Below, piece after piece: positions 11,222 to 22,881 of a stretch of DNA of 64,000 bases. Each line of letters begins with the position of its first letter. The stretch's first letter is position 1. A program made the translations under genes and the position numbers. The notes beneath the pieces are model-generated. The model was given only the letters and a program-made list of their open reading frames with translations. It made no database searches and was not told the origin of the DNA. The DNA comes from Setoptus koraiensis (lineage: Eukaryota; Animalia; Arthropoda), in NCBI GenBank assembly GCA_048013815.1, contig CM106586.1, positions 1,426,001 to 1,490,000 on the forward strand, in the 5' to 3' direction.

Positions 11222-12811
11222 TTACTAAATATAGTTTTTCCTTTATTTGCTTTGAGTCTCTCTCTTTCTCACAAGGTAAACCCCCTCGGGTGGACACTCA
11301 GAATAAACCCGCTATAGCCTTTCTGAACTCTCCAGTGTACCGAGAACAAGAATACGCTAGTCTCGTTCCCAACTTCGGCCAAAAAGAATCTAGATTTTTC
11401 TTCGTATTTTTGTCAGTTATATGGACTTTAAAACCAATTGCGTTTGCTCCGGCGGGAGAGTTTCCGATTGGCAAATAATTCGCTCATCACTATGTTTCAC
11501 TTGACCCGGAAGACTTGCCATCCATTGTATACAAATACACTCGTTCATAATTCATCAAACTGTAATCAAAAAAATTCTCGATAGATCGTAATATTCGTAT
11601 TAATAATAGGCGATGTTATTCACTTGTGAGCCGTCTCTCTTCACCTAGTATCAGGGGATATTTCACTATGATATTTTTGTAGCTTGATTTCTAATCTATA
11701 TTTGTAGACCCAAAAGTCGTCTTTCAACAAAGTGAGTGACACTCACAATCAAGCTCTAACAGTACTATACGCATCATAAATTGTGCAGAATTTGGTACAA
11801 ATAGCATGGCTGCCGGAGGCGTTTGGTCGAGACTGGCGAAGAGCCCAATCTAAGCATTTTTCATCTGGAATAATTGGACTGAGTTACAATTGTCCATCGC
11901 TGAACTCTTTATGGGAAGTACAAATGAAGGTAAACGCATTCCGAGTTATTCTATCATACCCACGAGGGCCTATGTAGCAGGAGGTGGGAGCAGCTCCCAC
12001 AGGGGGACGGCCTCTCCGTCTCCCACGATCACGAGGGCTGGATTCGGCCGGTTTCGGAATCCTCTGCAGGCCCCTATACCGACCATTCTTTTGCAGGCAA
12101 TCTTTTGTTGGGGCAAAAATCACTTATTTTTGAGCTCATTTTTGTCTCTTTTATTCAGATGGTCAAATCGACGCACCCAATCAGCAGAGCGAAGGTTGCT
12201 ATCTAATTGCGGTAGGAAGCCTTGAATGACTAGACATGCATGATGATGGAAAATCATTGAAAGAAATTCGATAATATATATTAGTTTTATCATTAGTGTC
12301 CTTGAGGAAAGACATTATTTTCATATTTGAAAGAAGTTAAAGGAAAAAATCTAGATGATTTTCTATTGTGCGATGAAAGACAATAGCATGTCTAGTTAGT
12401 ACAAGCGAGATGAGCTAATTTAAGAAGTTTGATCGAAAACAAGTTGTTCAGAGGAACGCCAACCTTGAATAGAATAGATGATTGGTTGGTAACTGTTTCT
12501 TTTTAGTACAATATGTGTTATAGTGTGTGTATGTGTGTAGTCTGAAATTTTTGTTTACTCTCACTTGTTCTCTTGACTTGATTCTTGATGTTTTACAACC
12601 AGAGTTGTTATGATTTTCTTTACGTCAGGAATATTTACATCATACAAACATTGTGCGTGAAGCCAAATCTTGGAAATATTTTTTCACTTCAGATTCTTTC
12701 TCAGATACATCATTTTGAAGCAATCGTTAGTATTAGTTTTACCTCAAATAATACCTGACACTTTTTCTTGTCTATCTAATATATGAAATAAGTGAAATCG
12801 ACAATAGAATC

Positions 12812-14841
12812 ATGATGACTTTAAAGAAACTGTCGAGAGACATTTACCGTTGCAAGATAAAGTTAATTATGTTCTTTTGCGATTTTCTTTATGATTTAAT
12901 AGGATGGCAACAAGATTTTCAAAATCGATATCGTGCCTCAAAGCAAGCGAAGAAAGTATCTCGACCATTTCACACAGAATTACATGATGTAAAAACTCAC
13001 AGTTCGAAGCTCCATGTTCTCGAAACTCCAGCTCGGGTACTAAGTGAAAGAATAAAAAACAATCTGGTAAGTTTCATTGGTAACATATAACGGATTTTTA
13101 TACTTATTAATGATCTCTAATTTCCAAAATGTGTAACATTGTAACTTTTCGGGGTCGTAGATAACTTGCGAAGAATTGACTCGACTGATGATTGAGCGCT
13201 GTAAACAAGTCCAACCTATAATCACTGCCTTGGCTGTAGATAAATTCAACGATGCGATTGAAGATGCAAAAAAATTAGATGATAGATTACGAGAGGCCAA
13301 AAGATTGGCCAACAATTTCGGCGATACAACTAAATTAGATGAGATACTTTATACGATGCCACTATTCGGTATACCAGTCACTGTAAAAGAAAGTATAGCA
13401 GTAAAAGGTTTACCACAGACACTGGGATTGGTGAGAAGGAAGCATGCGACGTCCAAGGCAAATGCTCGTGTGGTGGATTTATTGAACAATAATGGACTGA
13501 TAGTTTTGGCGACAACTAACATACCAGAGCTAACTCTATGGTGGGCAGATTGTCAGGTGAGCATGATTAACTTAGGAGTGAAAAATAAGAGCTGATCAGA
13601 GTTTTTATAGCAGAGAATTTATCCATTTGTTGCTTGTACTTTTCTTATTTTGTATCTCAGAACAATGTATACGGTCGCACACTTAATCCCTATGATTTCG
13701 ACCGAGTTCCAGGTGGTTCATCAGGAGGAGAAGGGGCTCTTATTGGTTCTGGAGCTTCACTTGTTGGTATCGGCACAGACATAGGTGGTTCTCTGCGTCT
13801 GCCTGCTCACTTCTGTGGAATATTCGCCCACAAAACTAGTCCCAACATAATCAATAATCATGGTGTTCTACCTTTGTTGTCCAAGTCACAAGAAAATATG
13901 TTCAGCGTTGGACCAATGTGTAGATATGCCGAGGACCTTAAGCCAATGCTCATATCTATGACAACCGGTGCAGAACATGAAAAGTTGCGATTACACGCAG
14001 ACCATGGAGAAGTCATAGATAGCATAGACTGCATTTATTACTCTGATAAGATGGAAAATTTAGTTGTTCCTAAAGTTAGCTTGGAGTATGCGGCGGAAAT
14101 TATGCGAGTGGTTGACTATTTATCAATTAGGTTTAACAAACCTAAGCAAAGACTAGATTTACATGACTTTCGGAACAGTCTTGCTTTGTGGAGTTGTTCA
14201 ATCAAAAATAATCAATTGCGTCCATTGGAGGAAGAATTCTTTGGTAGAGTATTCAAAGAGCAGGTGGATATTACAGCTAAATTATTTAGCGAATTAATTA
14301 AATGGTTTAGGGGTAGATCGAAATATACAATTTTTGGACTGATGGTACTGTATTTATATAGTTTATTTCCGTCGAAGAAACAAGAGAAACAATTCCAATA
14401 TTACATTGCAATGTCGGAACGGCTCGAAAAGCAGTTCAACAATGCTATCGGCACGAAGGGTATTTTTATCTATCCTTCGCATCCAACCACTGCCCCCAAA
14501 CACTATCAAGGTTTGACAAGAACCTCAAGCGCCTCATACGTTTCGATATTCAACGTTTTACAGGCACCTGTTACACAAGTGCCGCTAGGTTTAGATAAGG
14601 ATGGTTTGCCTTACGGAGTTCAAGTTGTGAGTATATCATCACCAACTACATGTATCTCCTTAACCTTGAAAATCAGTTGGTATCTTACATCCAACTTACA
14701 AATGATTTGTTGTGTCCATTTCAAACAAAGGTATCCGCGAAAAACAACGATATCCTCACAATGTCCGTGGCCGAAGAGCTAGCTAAGAAGTTTGGTGGAT
14801 GGATACCTCCTGACAATGAATTGTGCATAAAAGTTGATTGA
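12812..14841 (+). CDS. FAAH2: Fatty-acid amide hydrolase 2-like amidase; exons 12812-13066, 13161-13556, 13661-14626, 14731-14841
   Basis: Amidase signature: GIPVTVKES (Lys), GGSSGGEGA, GTDIGGSLRLPA; C-terminal AEELAKKFGGWIPP. All three introns are GT-AG, phase 0. Confidence 0.9.
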
Positions 14842-15389
14842 TTGGAAGATCCAATGGAAGAATTGAGTAGGAAATATTGTATTAGGAATCTCTGCAACAA
14901 TTGTAACGACAACTATAGATTTAGTATTGATATTTGAGCAATAAACTGCAAGCTTACTCCTTCAGATGGATTAATAGACCAAACTCACGGATGTTGGGTC
15001 CTACTCACAGATAACTCGAGATACTCTACCTTTGTGCACTGTATAAAGTCTACGTGTGCTCCTCGATGGGAGACTCCCAATGACCGGCTCCATTGGGGAG
15101 TGCGTCCCGCAGCGTGCGTAAAAAAACTTGAAATTGGCGCCGCGCTGCGCAGTAGATATTTAATTTGTCGGCACATAGCATAACTTCCGTCGTAATGTGC
15201 GTTTACATTTGTCGTTCGAATATCATCCCGCATGTGCATCGATAAATTCTATTTTCTTCGAGTCATTTGATTTTCAATAGGACACTGGAAACAGTTTCTA
15301 ATAAAAATATAGCTATTAAAATCTTATTGCTACCATAATCACCATATCATTAATAATTTATCCCCAAAGCTAACTCGACATCTACTATC

Positions 15390-15761
15390 ATGGCCAAGTT
15401 GAAAATCAAGGATCTCCGATCAAAACCCAAGGGTGACCTAACCAAACAATTGGATGATTTAAAGCAGGAATTAGCCAATTTGAGAGTGGCAAAGGTGACC
15501 GGCGGTACGGCATCTAAATTGTCAAAGATCAGCATACTACGTAAAGACATTGCTAGAATTTTGACTGTGATGTCACAAAACCAGAGGCAGAATCTGAGGA
15601 AATTCTATAAAGAGAAGAAATTCAAACCTAGAGATTTGCGACCCAAGTTGACCCGTGCTAAGAGGAAGGAGTTGACTCCTCATGAGAAGTCCTTGAAGAC
15701 ACGAAAGCAAAGAAGGAAGGATACATTCTATCCAATGCGTAAATTCGCTGTCAAAGCTTGA
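15390..15761 (+). CDS. RPL35: 60S ribosomal protein L35 (uL29), intronless CDS
   Basis: [10 protein letters not shown]...[19 protein letters not shown]...KLSKI...[11 protein letters not shown]...[10 protein letters not shown]. Confidence 0.98.
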   Translation: MAKLKIKDLRSKPKGDLTKQLDDLKQELANLRVAKVTGGTASKLSKISILRKDIARILTVMSQNQRQNLRKFYKEKKFKPRDLRPKLTRAKRKELTPHEKSLKTRKQRRKDTFYPMRKFAVKA

Positions 15762-15972
15762 TCTTCTATTTGTACTATCTAAATAAATAATTTCAGCTTG
15801 AGTTTCGACATGAATTTAATATTTGTCTGATATACAACTACTGGGTGATTTGTGCCTTAATTTCTTCATAGATTTCTTCAATTTCCTACATTATATACAA
15901 AACTCAATCCTAATGCAATCTGCTAACTTTAGTAAGTAACAAATGTGGTAGTTCTCGAGACTTTCCGCTAGA

Positions 15973-16825
15973 CTAATTCAAGTCGATATAGTGGGACGAA
16001 TCCGACGGCTTGAGATAACCAGTTGCCACCAGGATAGAATCCACCAAGGTCCAAACACCGAATCCTCCGAAACTAAACAACTTGCCGATGCCTTCTTGCC
16101 AATGCCCCAAGTAGAATCTGTCCAAACCCAAGCCACCAAAGAGTACACTAAAAGGTTTTTTCGTAAAAGCAGACAATTTTTCATGTTAGAGCAAACAGAT
16201 TCTTATAGACATCAAAGTCGACTTTTTTATGCGCTAATCGATACTATACCTTAGAACGACAGCGGTCGACCATTTGTAACCAGACACAAAATTGCATTTC
16301 TTGTATCGAGAGAAACTCCTTCTACCAAGACAATAAGTAGAGGGTTTAGCGATGCATCGGGCCAGATATCGTGTATTCATATGGCATGTCGTATTAGTGG
16401 TGCAGGTATATTTATCCTCTGGTGTTTGCCAACAATACAAGCACGGAAATGTTACATCGAAAGACCTATCGCCCTGTTATTTGTTTTTCATGTGATGAGA
16501 ATAAATTATTGGCATAAGTTTGGATACAGATTAGTTTGTTAAAGTGGGGGATGCATGAAATCTAGTCAACACTAACCTTGCATGGAGTGTTCTCATCTAT
16601 ATGACATCTGACGGTGGTTGGTTGTCCATAAACGCACGAGGTGTTAAAGTCACATTTGGTGTAGTCTGAGCTCAGATCACTGCACCTGATCTGATCAATA
16701 TATTCGCCATTTGCTGGGTTAGACGATGACAAGTCCATAGTCTGAGTTGGCCGCACATCTTGGGAACAATGGTGCGTTGCAATGAAGGCACTGTATAATG
16801 TGGTTGCAATAAAAATCTTTGACAT
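15973..16825 (-). CDS. TM2D3: TM2 domain-containing protein 3 (almondex-like); exons 16825-16577, 16473-16250, 16147-15973
   Basis: Cys-rich ectodomain (CSDLSSDYTKCDFNTSCVYGQP); spliced SGYKWSTAVVLSVLFGGLGLDRFYLGHWQEGIGKLFSFGGFGVWTLVD; canonical GT-AG junctions keep the frame. Confidence 0.92.
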
Positions 16826-17054
16826 TGTCTATCATGAGCCAAAGATAAATCCCAAAGTTCTATCCTTTTGATAGATGGACGCAAGCAAGAATTTTCCGAA
16901 ATTTTTCTCAGAATAAATCAAAATTCATAAATCGCATTACAGGCGATTTGTTTATCAACGTCCAGGTGTAAAGTAAAATAGAGCATGCGCAGATCAAAGT
17001 TATGCGTTTTGAAAACTTTTTATAATGATATAAACATTATTATTTTTTAATGTG

Positions 17055-18631
17055 TCACAATTCGTCTCTTAACAGGGTATATCTGTTTGCTGATGGAGCT
17101 AACTTCTGGAAAGCAGATTCCGGTGGACTGGTTGGACTCTAGAAATGTATGGAAACGATAAACGGTAAAGTTGAAAAGAGAAGAAAACTTTAGTTACCGT
17201 GAGACATCAGAGGAGGTTGTTTTGCAAATCTTTAGAAAATTCATCACTACGCATGTCCAAGATGAAACAATGCAATGCCCTGAGACAGGCGATGATGAAT
17301 TGTTTTAGAATTCATCACCTCTGGTGTTGGTATCTTAGCGCTTCCTATTATACTTACCGATTTAGGCGTAGGATCGGGGCCGAAATGAAATTCTCTATCC
17401 AATTTACCAGTATGTAAGTCTTGGATGAATTGTTTTAATTTTCCTGGATTGCTAATCGTTGAGATGTGTTCCTTGTATAAGAAAAGATGCTTGAAACTGT
17501 CTATAGCCAACAGGGGCAGGTCCTGGGTAGTTTTGCCCAGATGTTTCAGAGGATGTGAAAATACAACTCCGTCGGCATACAAGAATGTTACTGAGGACAC
17601 TTCAGATCTGAGTTCGTCTTGAACTACTTTTTTGTAGATTTCTATATATGACTTGTCATTGGGATGAAAAAAAAGTATCACAAAAGGGAGACCCTCCTCC
17701 GTCATCTCTTCGGCATTTTCGAATGTAATCTCTCTTACTATAGGAACGCAGAGATCTTTTGACCAGCGAGTCAATTGGTCCAAATCAACCATGTTCATTG
17801 GGTACCTCAGCGTGTTGCCTGCGCTCAATTTCATTTGCTGTGGCTTAAATTCTACAGAGTGTGTCTCCGAATTGGATACTTTGCCGACAGCCAATGGGCC
17901 CGAAACATGGAAAAACTGACATTCTTCGCGTAATTGTTGTGCGACACGACGAAAAACAATCAGTTCACGACTTTGTGATGAAGCAGGAAGATGCTCGTCT
18001 TGACGTGTTGAGTAAATCAAGATTGCGCCTTTGCTTTCTCCAATTTTATCATTTAATTGTGCTTCACTGTTGACATATATTATGGGATCAGATAGAAATT
18101 TTTTGATATATTCCTTGAAGGCTTCAGCTGTTCTCGCTCCTCTGTATTCCTTTTTGTTTGCTTTGCCTGCAATGGTCAGTTTAGTTGTTGGAAATTTTGT
18201 GATCCTGAAACGTTGGGCAATTTGCGTTTCGATCTCACAATTTATCTGCCCAAAGATGATCTCGTCTATGTTACTGTTTTGAGAGGTTTCGTTGTAGATT
18301 TGTTTGGCTGTTTCCTGGAAGACAGGCTTCCATCTAGCACTGAATGGGCACCAGTCGGCATAAAAATTCAAGACGACAATCTGATATTTTTCTATTGATG
18401 AATGTAAAAATTGAGATGCTCAATCATTGGTGGAATGGGTTAAAACTTAACACATGCTTAAGAGAAATTCAATATGGTTCTTGATATCGCTAACATACCT
18501 GTTTCCCTATCATAATTAGCGGATGTCAGTTCCAACACTTGTGTTGGCTTCACATTTTGGGTGCAATCATATGTTGTTATAAACTCAATTAATATTACGG
18601 TTATGCTAAATACCGAAATGGTTCTCATCAT
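17055..18631 (-). CDS. ERP44: ER resident protein 44 (thioredoxin family); exons 18631-18499, 18391-17319, 17138-17055
   Basis: Signal peptide exon, NFYADWCPFS active-site variant, C-terminal PPESAFQKLAPSANRYTLLRDEL with ER retention signal. Confidence 0.95.
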
Positions 18632-20120
18632 CTTAAAATATAAGTTTCTTGTAAAATCTTACTCCTATGGTTTAGTCCTAAAGTTAGCTCTCAGAGTATC
18701 TAAGGATGCGTAGGGAAAAAGCTGCAAATAGATAAGTATCTACAGTCTATAGATGCAAACAATAATTATATCTAATGTTGACTGATCCATTGAAGATGAA
18801 TCTTATTTATTTAATCATGTGCCGAGCAAACGGAGCGACTTGCATATCAAGTCAACTGTGCTTGAACAGTCCAGTAGATAAATGTAGTGTACAGATGTAG
18901 AAGTCCGAAACTGACGCAAAGCGTTTCAAAGCTTATTATTTCTACACCTCTGGTCTCCTGTGCGCTTTACAAATATAGTGCACAGCTTGTGCTAATTCTA
19001 AATAACATGGGTGCGGAAAATGTCCGCGAGAGGCGCGAGCGAAGTCTCAAAATGTAGGCACAAACCAAGTGTTTCGATAGAAGTTTCTTTTTTTTTTTTG
19101 GTTGATTCGTATATGTATGCACTAGAACGAACGGGCGCCTAACATTTGCTTGGCTTGCTTACACTGCACAAACAGACCATAACTTGGTGTTACTGGCGCC
19201 GCACGACGAAAGCTAGGAGCGCCGCCTTCGCGCATTCTTTATGCACTCTTTTCTAACGCCCCCTGCTTTGAGAGCGCATGACAAAGTACAGAGTTTGTTT
19301 CAATCTTCCAGCAAAAATGAGTATGAATAGTTCAGATGAATACCCGGTCCGACATTATTGTAGAAAGATATTCACATGAATCTCCACCGGTAAATTCACA
19401 TGAATGATTACCTAAAGTATGAACCTTAATACCTTTATAGTAACCTTTATGTATCCTTACTTATGGGGGTATCAACCAACCAAATAAAGTCAAAATCCGA
19501 CATGGGGCGACAATAATAGTTGCGTTTTGTGAAACTTACCCGAGGATACGATTCAATCGAACAATTAGACACATGGACACTTGTATTGTCGATAGATTCG
19601 ACCCTCTATACTTCTGATTAATTGATACTCTCCCTTGCCGAAACTGTTGAAGATTTAGTTTATTAAATCATAACTAGAAAAGTCACTGAATACAGAGTTT
19701 ATTTGCTCATGTCGACATTCAATTGTGACTCACAATTTGTGAGTACTGAACTCTCGAATGGGAAAGGAAATGGCTACGAAATGTATGAATATTCACTTAG
19801 ATATGTTCAATGTATGTGGATACTGAGTGTTGCCGTGTGAACTATTCACTTATGTGTTCATGTAGGTGAATCTCTCTTCACTGTTGTGCTTGTGAATGTG
19901 TGTGCTCGATAGCTTGGAAGTGCTATCCTACATTAGTGAGAGAATAGCACTCTATGTTATACATGTATATGCTTAACATCAAGCACGTGGATCTGATATC
20001 ATATCATATTGTCTTCTATCACTTTGTAATATACTATTTATCATTAATATTATCGTTGATTTGATACCTCTCTGACAGCCGTTTCATTGGAATTGTTCGT
20101 AATAATTGGCCGTCAATAAA

Positions 20121-21099
20121 ATGGACAGGAAGGATAAAAACCTCAAGAATGAAGAGATCGAGGCCTTCAAAGACTCTATCAGGAAAACAGCTGAGGATTT
20201 AGTATTCATAAATTTTCCAAAGAGGATCATTCAATTGGATAAGATGCTTGTATCAGGCAAATTGACAAGGAAATTGTCATCAGTTGATCAAGCACTGAAC
20301 ATACCGGTTCCCGAGGAACCAGTATGTTCAACAAATGATTCAGGCGCATCCACCAAAAAACGTAAATACGGGGAATGTCCCGCACATCCCGAGAGCCTTG
20401 TTGGTACTAAAGTTCTTGTACTCCCAAATGGTGTGGTACCTTCCAACAAATTCATCATAGAATTAATAGATGAAATCAAACCCTTAATCCAAGAGCTGGT
20501 TGAAGACGCCAATATGGTGAGTATGCTGTGGATTCATAACTGAGCTAACATAACAATGATAACTTGCCTAAAAAAGCTATCTCACTTCTCCCACTAACAC
20601 TGATTTAAATTTATAATCTAATATACAGCTCAAGATGTGGTTATTGTTTCTCATACCTAGAATTGAAGACGGAAACAATTTCGGTGTGTCTATACAGGAA
20701 GATGTTTTAGTGGAGATTAGAGCGAGCGAAGGCGAAGCGGCCGCATACTTTGATCAAATTTCTCGCTACTTTCTCTCTCGTGGCAAAACCGTTACTAAAG
20801 TGGCAAAATATCCACATATAGATGACTTTAGAAGGACAATCAAAGAAATTGATGAGAAGGAATTCTTGAGTTTGCGTCTAATTGTTGCTGAAATACGCAA
20901 TCATTATGCGACGCTCCATGATATCATCTCTAAGAATTTGGATAAGATTCGTAAACCGAGGTATTTATAAGTTATTTACTTTAAAATTTGATTTTCATTT
21001 CACCACTTTGATTGACATTAGATACCAACCATCAATCCCTATTTTTCTCAATTTTGAAATAATCACAATAGGTCATCAAACGCCGAGCATATGTTCTAG
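20121..21099 (+). CDS. PSME3: Proteasome activator PA28-gamma/REG; exons 20121-20516, 20629-20960, 21072-21099
   Basis: LKMWLLFLIPRIEDGNNFGVSIQE, YFLSRGKTVTKVAKYPH, spliced C-terminus KIRKPRSSNAEHMF*; AATAAA at 21112. Confidence 0.95.
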
Positions 21100-21500
21100 T
21101 TGAAGAAGAACAATAAATTGGACTATGGGCCTCCATCGTGATGAGTCTTTTTCCTCTTGACCCTTCTGATACTTGTGTCCCGAAGTAGACGTATTTTAGT
21201 CGGAGTTCTTAATTGCGTACCCAGATTCTTGTTTGCTCTTTTGGTTTCACCATTCTTCGTGTGAGCGTGAGCTTGGTCTCCAATAGTAGATTTGGTTGTT
21301 ACAGGTGATTGTAGAAGTTGCTTGATTTGTTGAAATTCATCCTTGATACTTGCATGCTTCCTGGGTGATATCCTAATAATTTTTTTACGATACCGTAGCC
21401 TGATAATTTGTTCATCTGGTGACACTGAGGTAGGCGATGGTGGGCTCATTCTTATGTTGCCATTTTGTTTGTTTAGTTACTTTCCATAGCAACAAGCGTT
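20947..21500. repeat. ~550-bp local duplication, copy A (PSME3 last intron, last exon and the antisense orphan ORF)
   Basis: Near-identical direct copy at 35861-36410. Confidence 0.95.
21123..21449 (-). CDS. Orphan basic protein, copy A (108 aa)
   Basis: ATG ORF kept open in both duplicated copies; K/R-rich with SP/TP motifs; no family recognised. Confidence 0.5.
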   Translation of the reverse strand: MSPPSPTSVSPDEQIIRLRYRKKIIRISPRKHASIKDEFQQIKQLLQSPVTTKSTIGDQAHAHTKNGETKRANKNLGTQLRTPTKIRLLRDTSIRRVKRKKTHHDGGP

Positions 21501-22881
21501 CAGTGTTCAACTCAGAAGGTAAACCTTTGTGATTGAGAATGACCGAACTTCAGCTTTTCTGAGCTGATCGAGAGGAACAAGAAATGACCATTCACTTTTT
21601 GCCAGAAAAGAAGCGCTATCTTGAATCTCAATTCAACGCCCTTTTTTCGCTAATGCAAATTTTGATGATTCGCAGTAGCAACCTGACACTTCCTAGCGAG
21701 ATTATATCATTGTCATACTAATTATACATCTAAATACATAAATTGTCAAGGCACAACGACAAAAATGAAGGTTCATGATCAGTCTGCCCGGGGAGATGTC
21801 ACTATTTACACTGTAATTAAGATTCATCAGATTCTACGTGACCATTGCAAAACTATCAAACAAGTCGATTTCTCGCAAGTGTTCAGCTCAATCTGAAGAG
21901 TTAGTTTTAGCTGTGATTCGAGTCATTGCGAAAAAGAACTTTGCTTTGTCAGTAGTGTTCATTCGTTCTTTGACAAAAAAAAACATCATGAACATCATGG
22001 TGTCGTAATTACGCAATAATGACAATAGTAACTAACCATCCCGCAACTGCTAATCGATTTGGATTAATATCACTCATATATCATGTATCACCAGTTGATG
22101 GTATTTGAGTTCAGACGTGAAACGTGATGATATAATAGACTGCTGTATAATTCATATGACCACAACCTATAAACCGAAATAAACGATGTTCGGAAGAGAA
22201 GAATTAAAGATGACATAAAGTCAAACAATTATGAGAGTGATGCTGTTGTGACCAAGCCTCAATAGATTGGATTGTTATTAATTCAATTAATAATAATATT
22301 AATAGTAGTAGTGTGTGTAATAGTAATAATAATAATGATAATAATAATTAGAATTTTATAATAATTTCAATATATGTGAGAAAGTGAATCAAATGGCACA
22401 AGGTGCTATTATCATCGTCGTCGTCGTCGTCGTTGTTTTTATCGATCAGGCATAATCATTTTGTAAAGACTGGTTTTATGCAATCTCGTTGTTTTGTTGT
22501 TGTTTTTTCGTTTTATCTCATCATAATTAAGACCACGAACCATGGTTGTATTGTTTGGCAAATGACAATTCAGTAATTGTGTTATCTAGATCCATTTATC
22601 TGTGTTTGTATGTATGCTGTTTAAGTCCGAATGTATCGATCAATTAACAATCACTTTCAGATAACAGAAGCTTTTCTCTGTTCGGGTCTTGTCGAAGTTG
22701 ATGATCTTGTCCGTATTGTTGGCCTACTCACAATAGAGTGGTCCGTTGGAAACAGAGGCCATATACCGTGATAGTTTTTCGATACACAATTGAATAATTT
22801 TGTGACAAAAGAATCATTATTTGCGACGCAAATAGCGACACAAATTAGTGCGCTGGTCAACCAATTCCGTCTACTTCAATT

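Noticed and set aside
14627-14782. FAAH2 C-terminus VSISSPTT...PWPKS from the ORF track
   Set aside because: Intron read-through and wrong frame; splicing restores the FGGW motif.
15050-15062. GCACACGTAG match to U11 snRNA on the minus strand
   Set aside because: Only a 10-nt match, with no U11 5' end or Sm site.
19310-19880. Scattered TTCA...TGAA palindromic motifs in the ERp44/PSME3 divergent promoter region
   Set aside because: Short and irregular; not enough for an HSE array, a MITE or a CRISPR-like repeat call.
22657-22860. 67-aa ORF just downstream of the chitin deacetylase
   Set aside because: Non-ATG start, lies in the probable 3' UTR, and has no recognisable motif.
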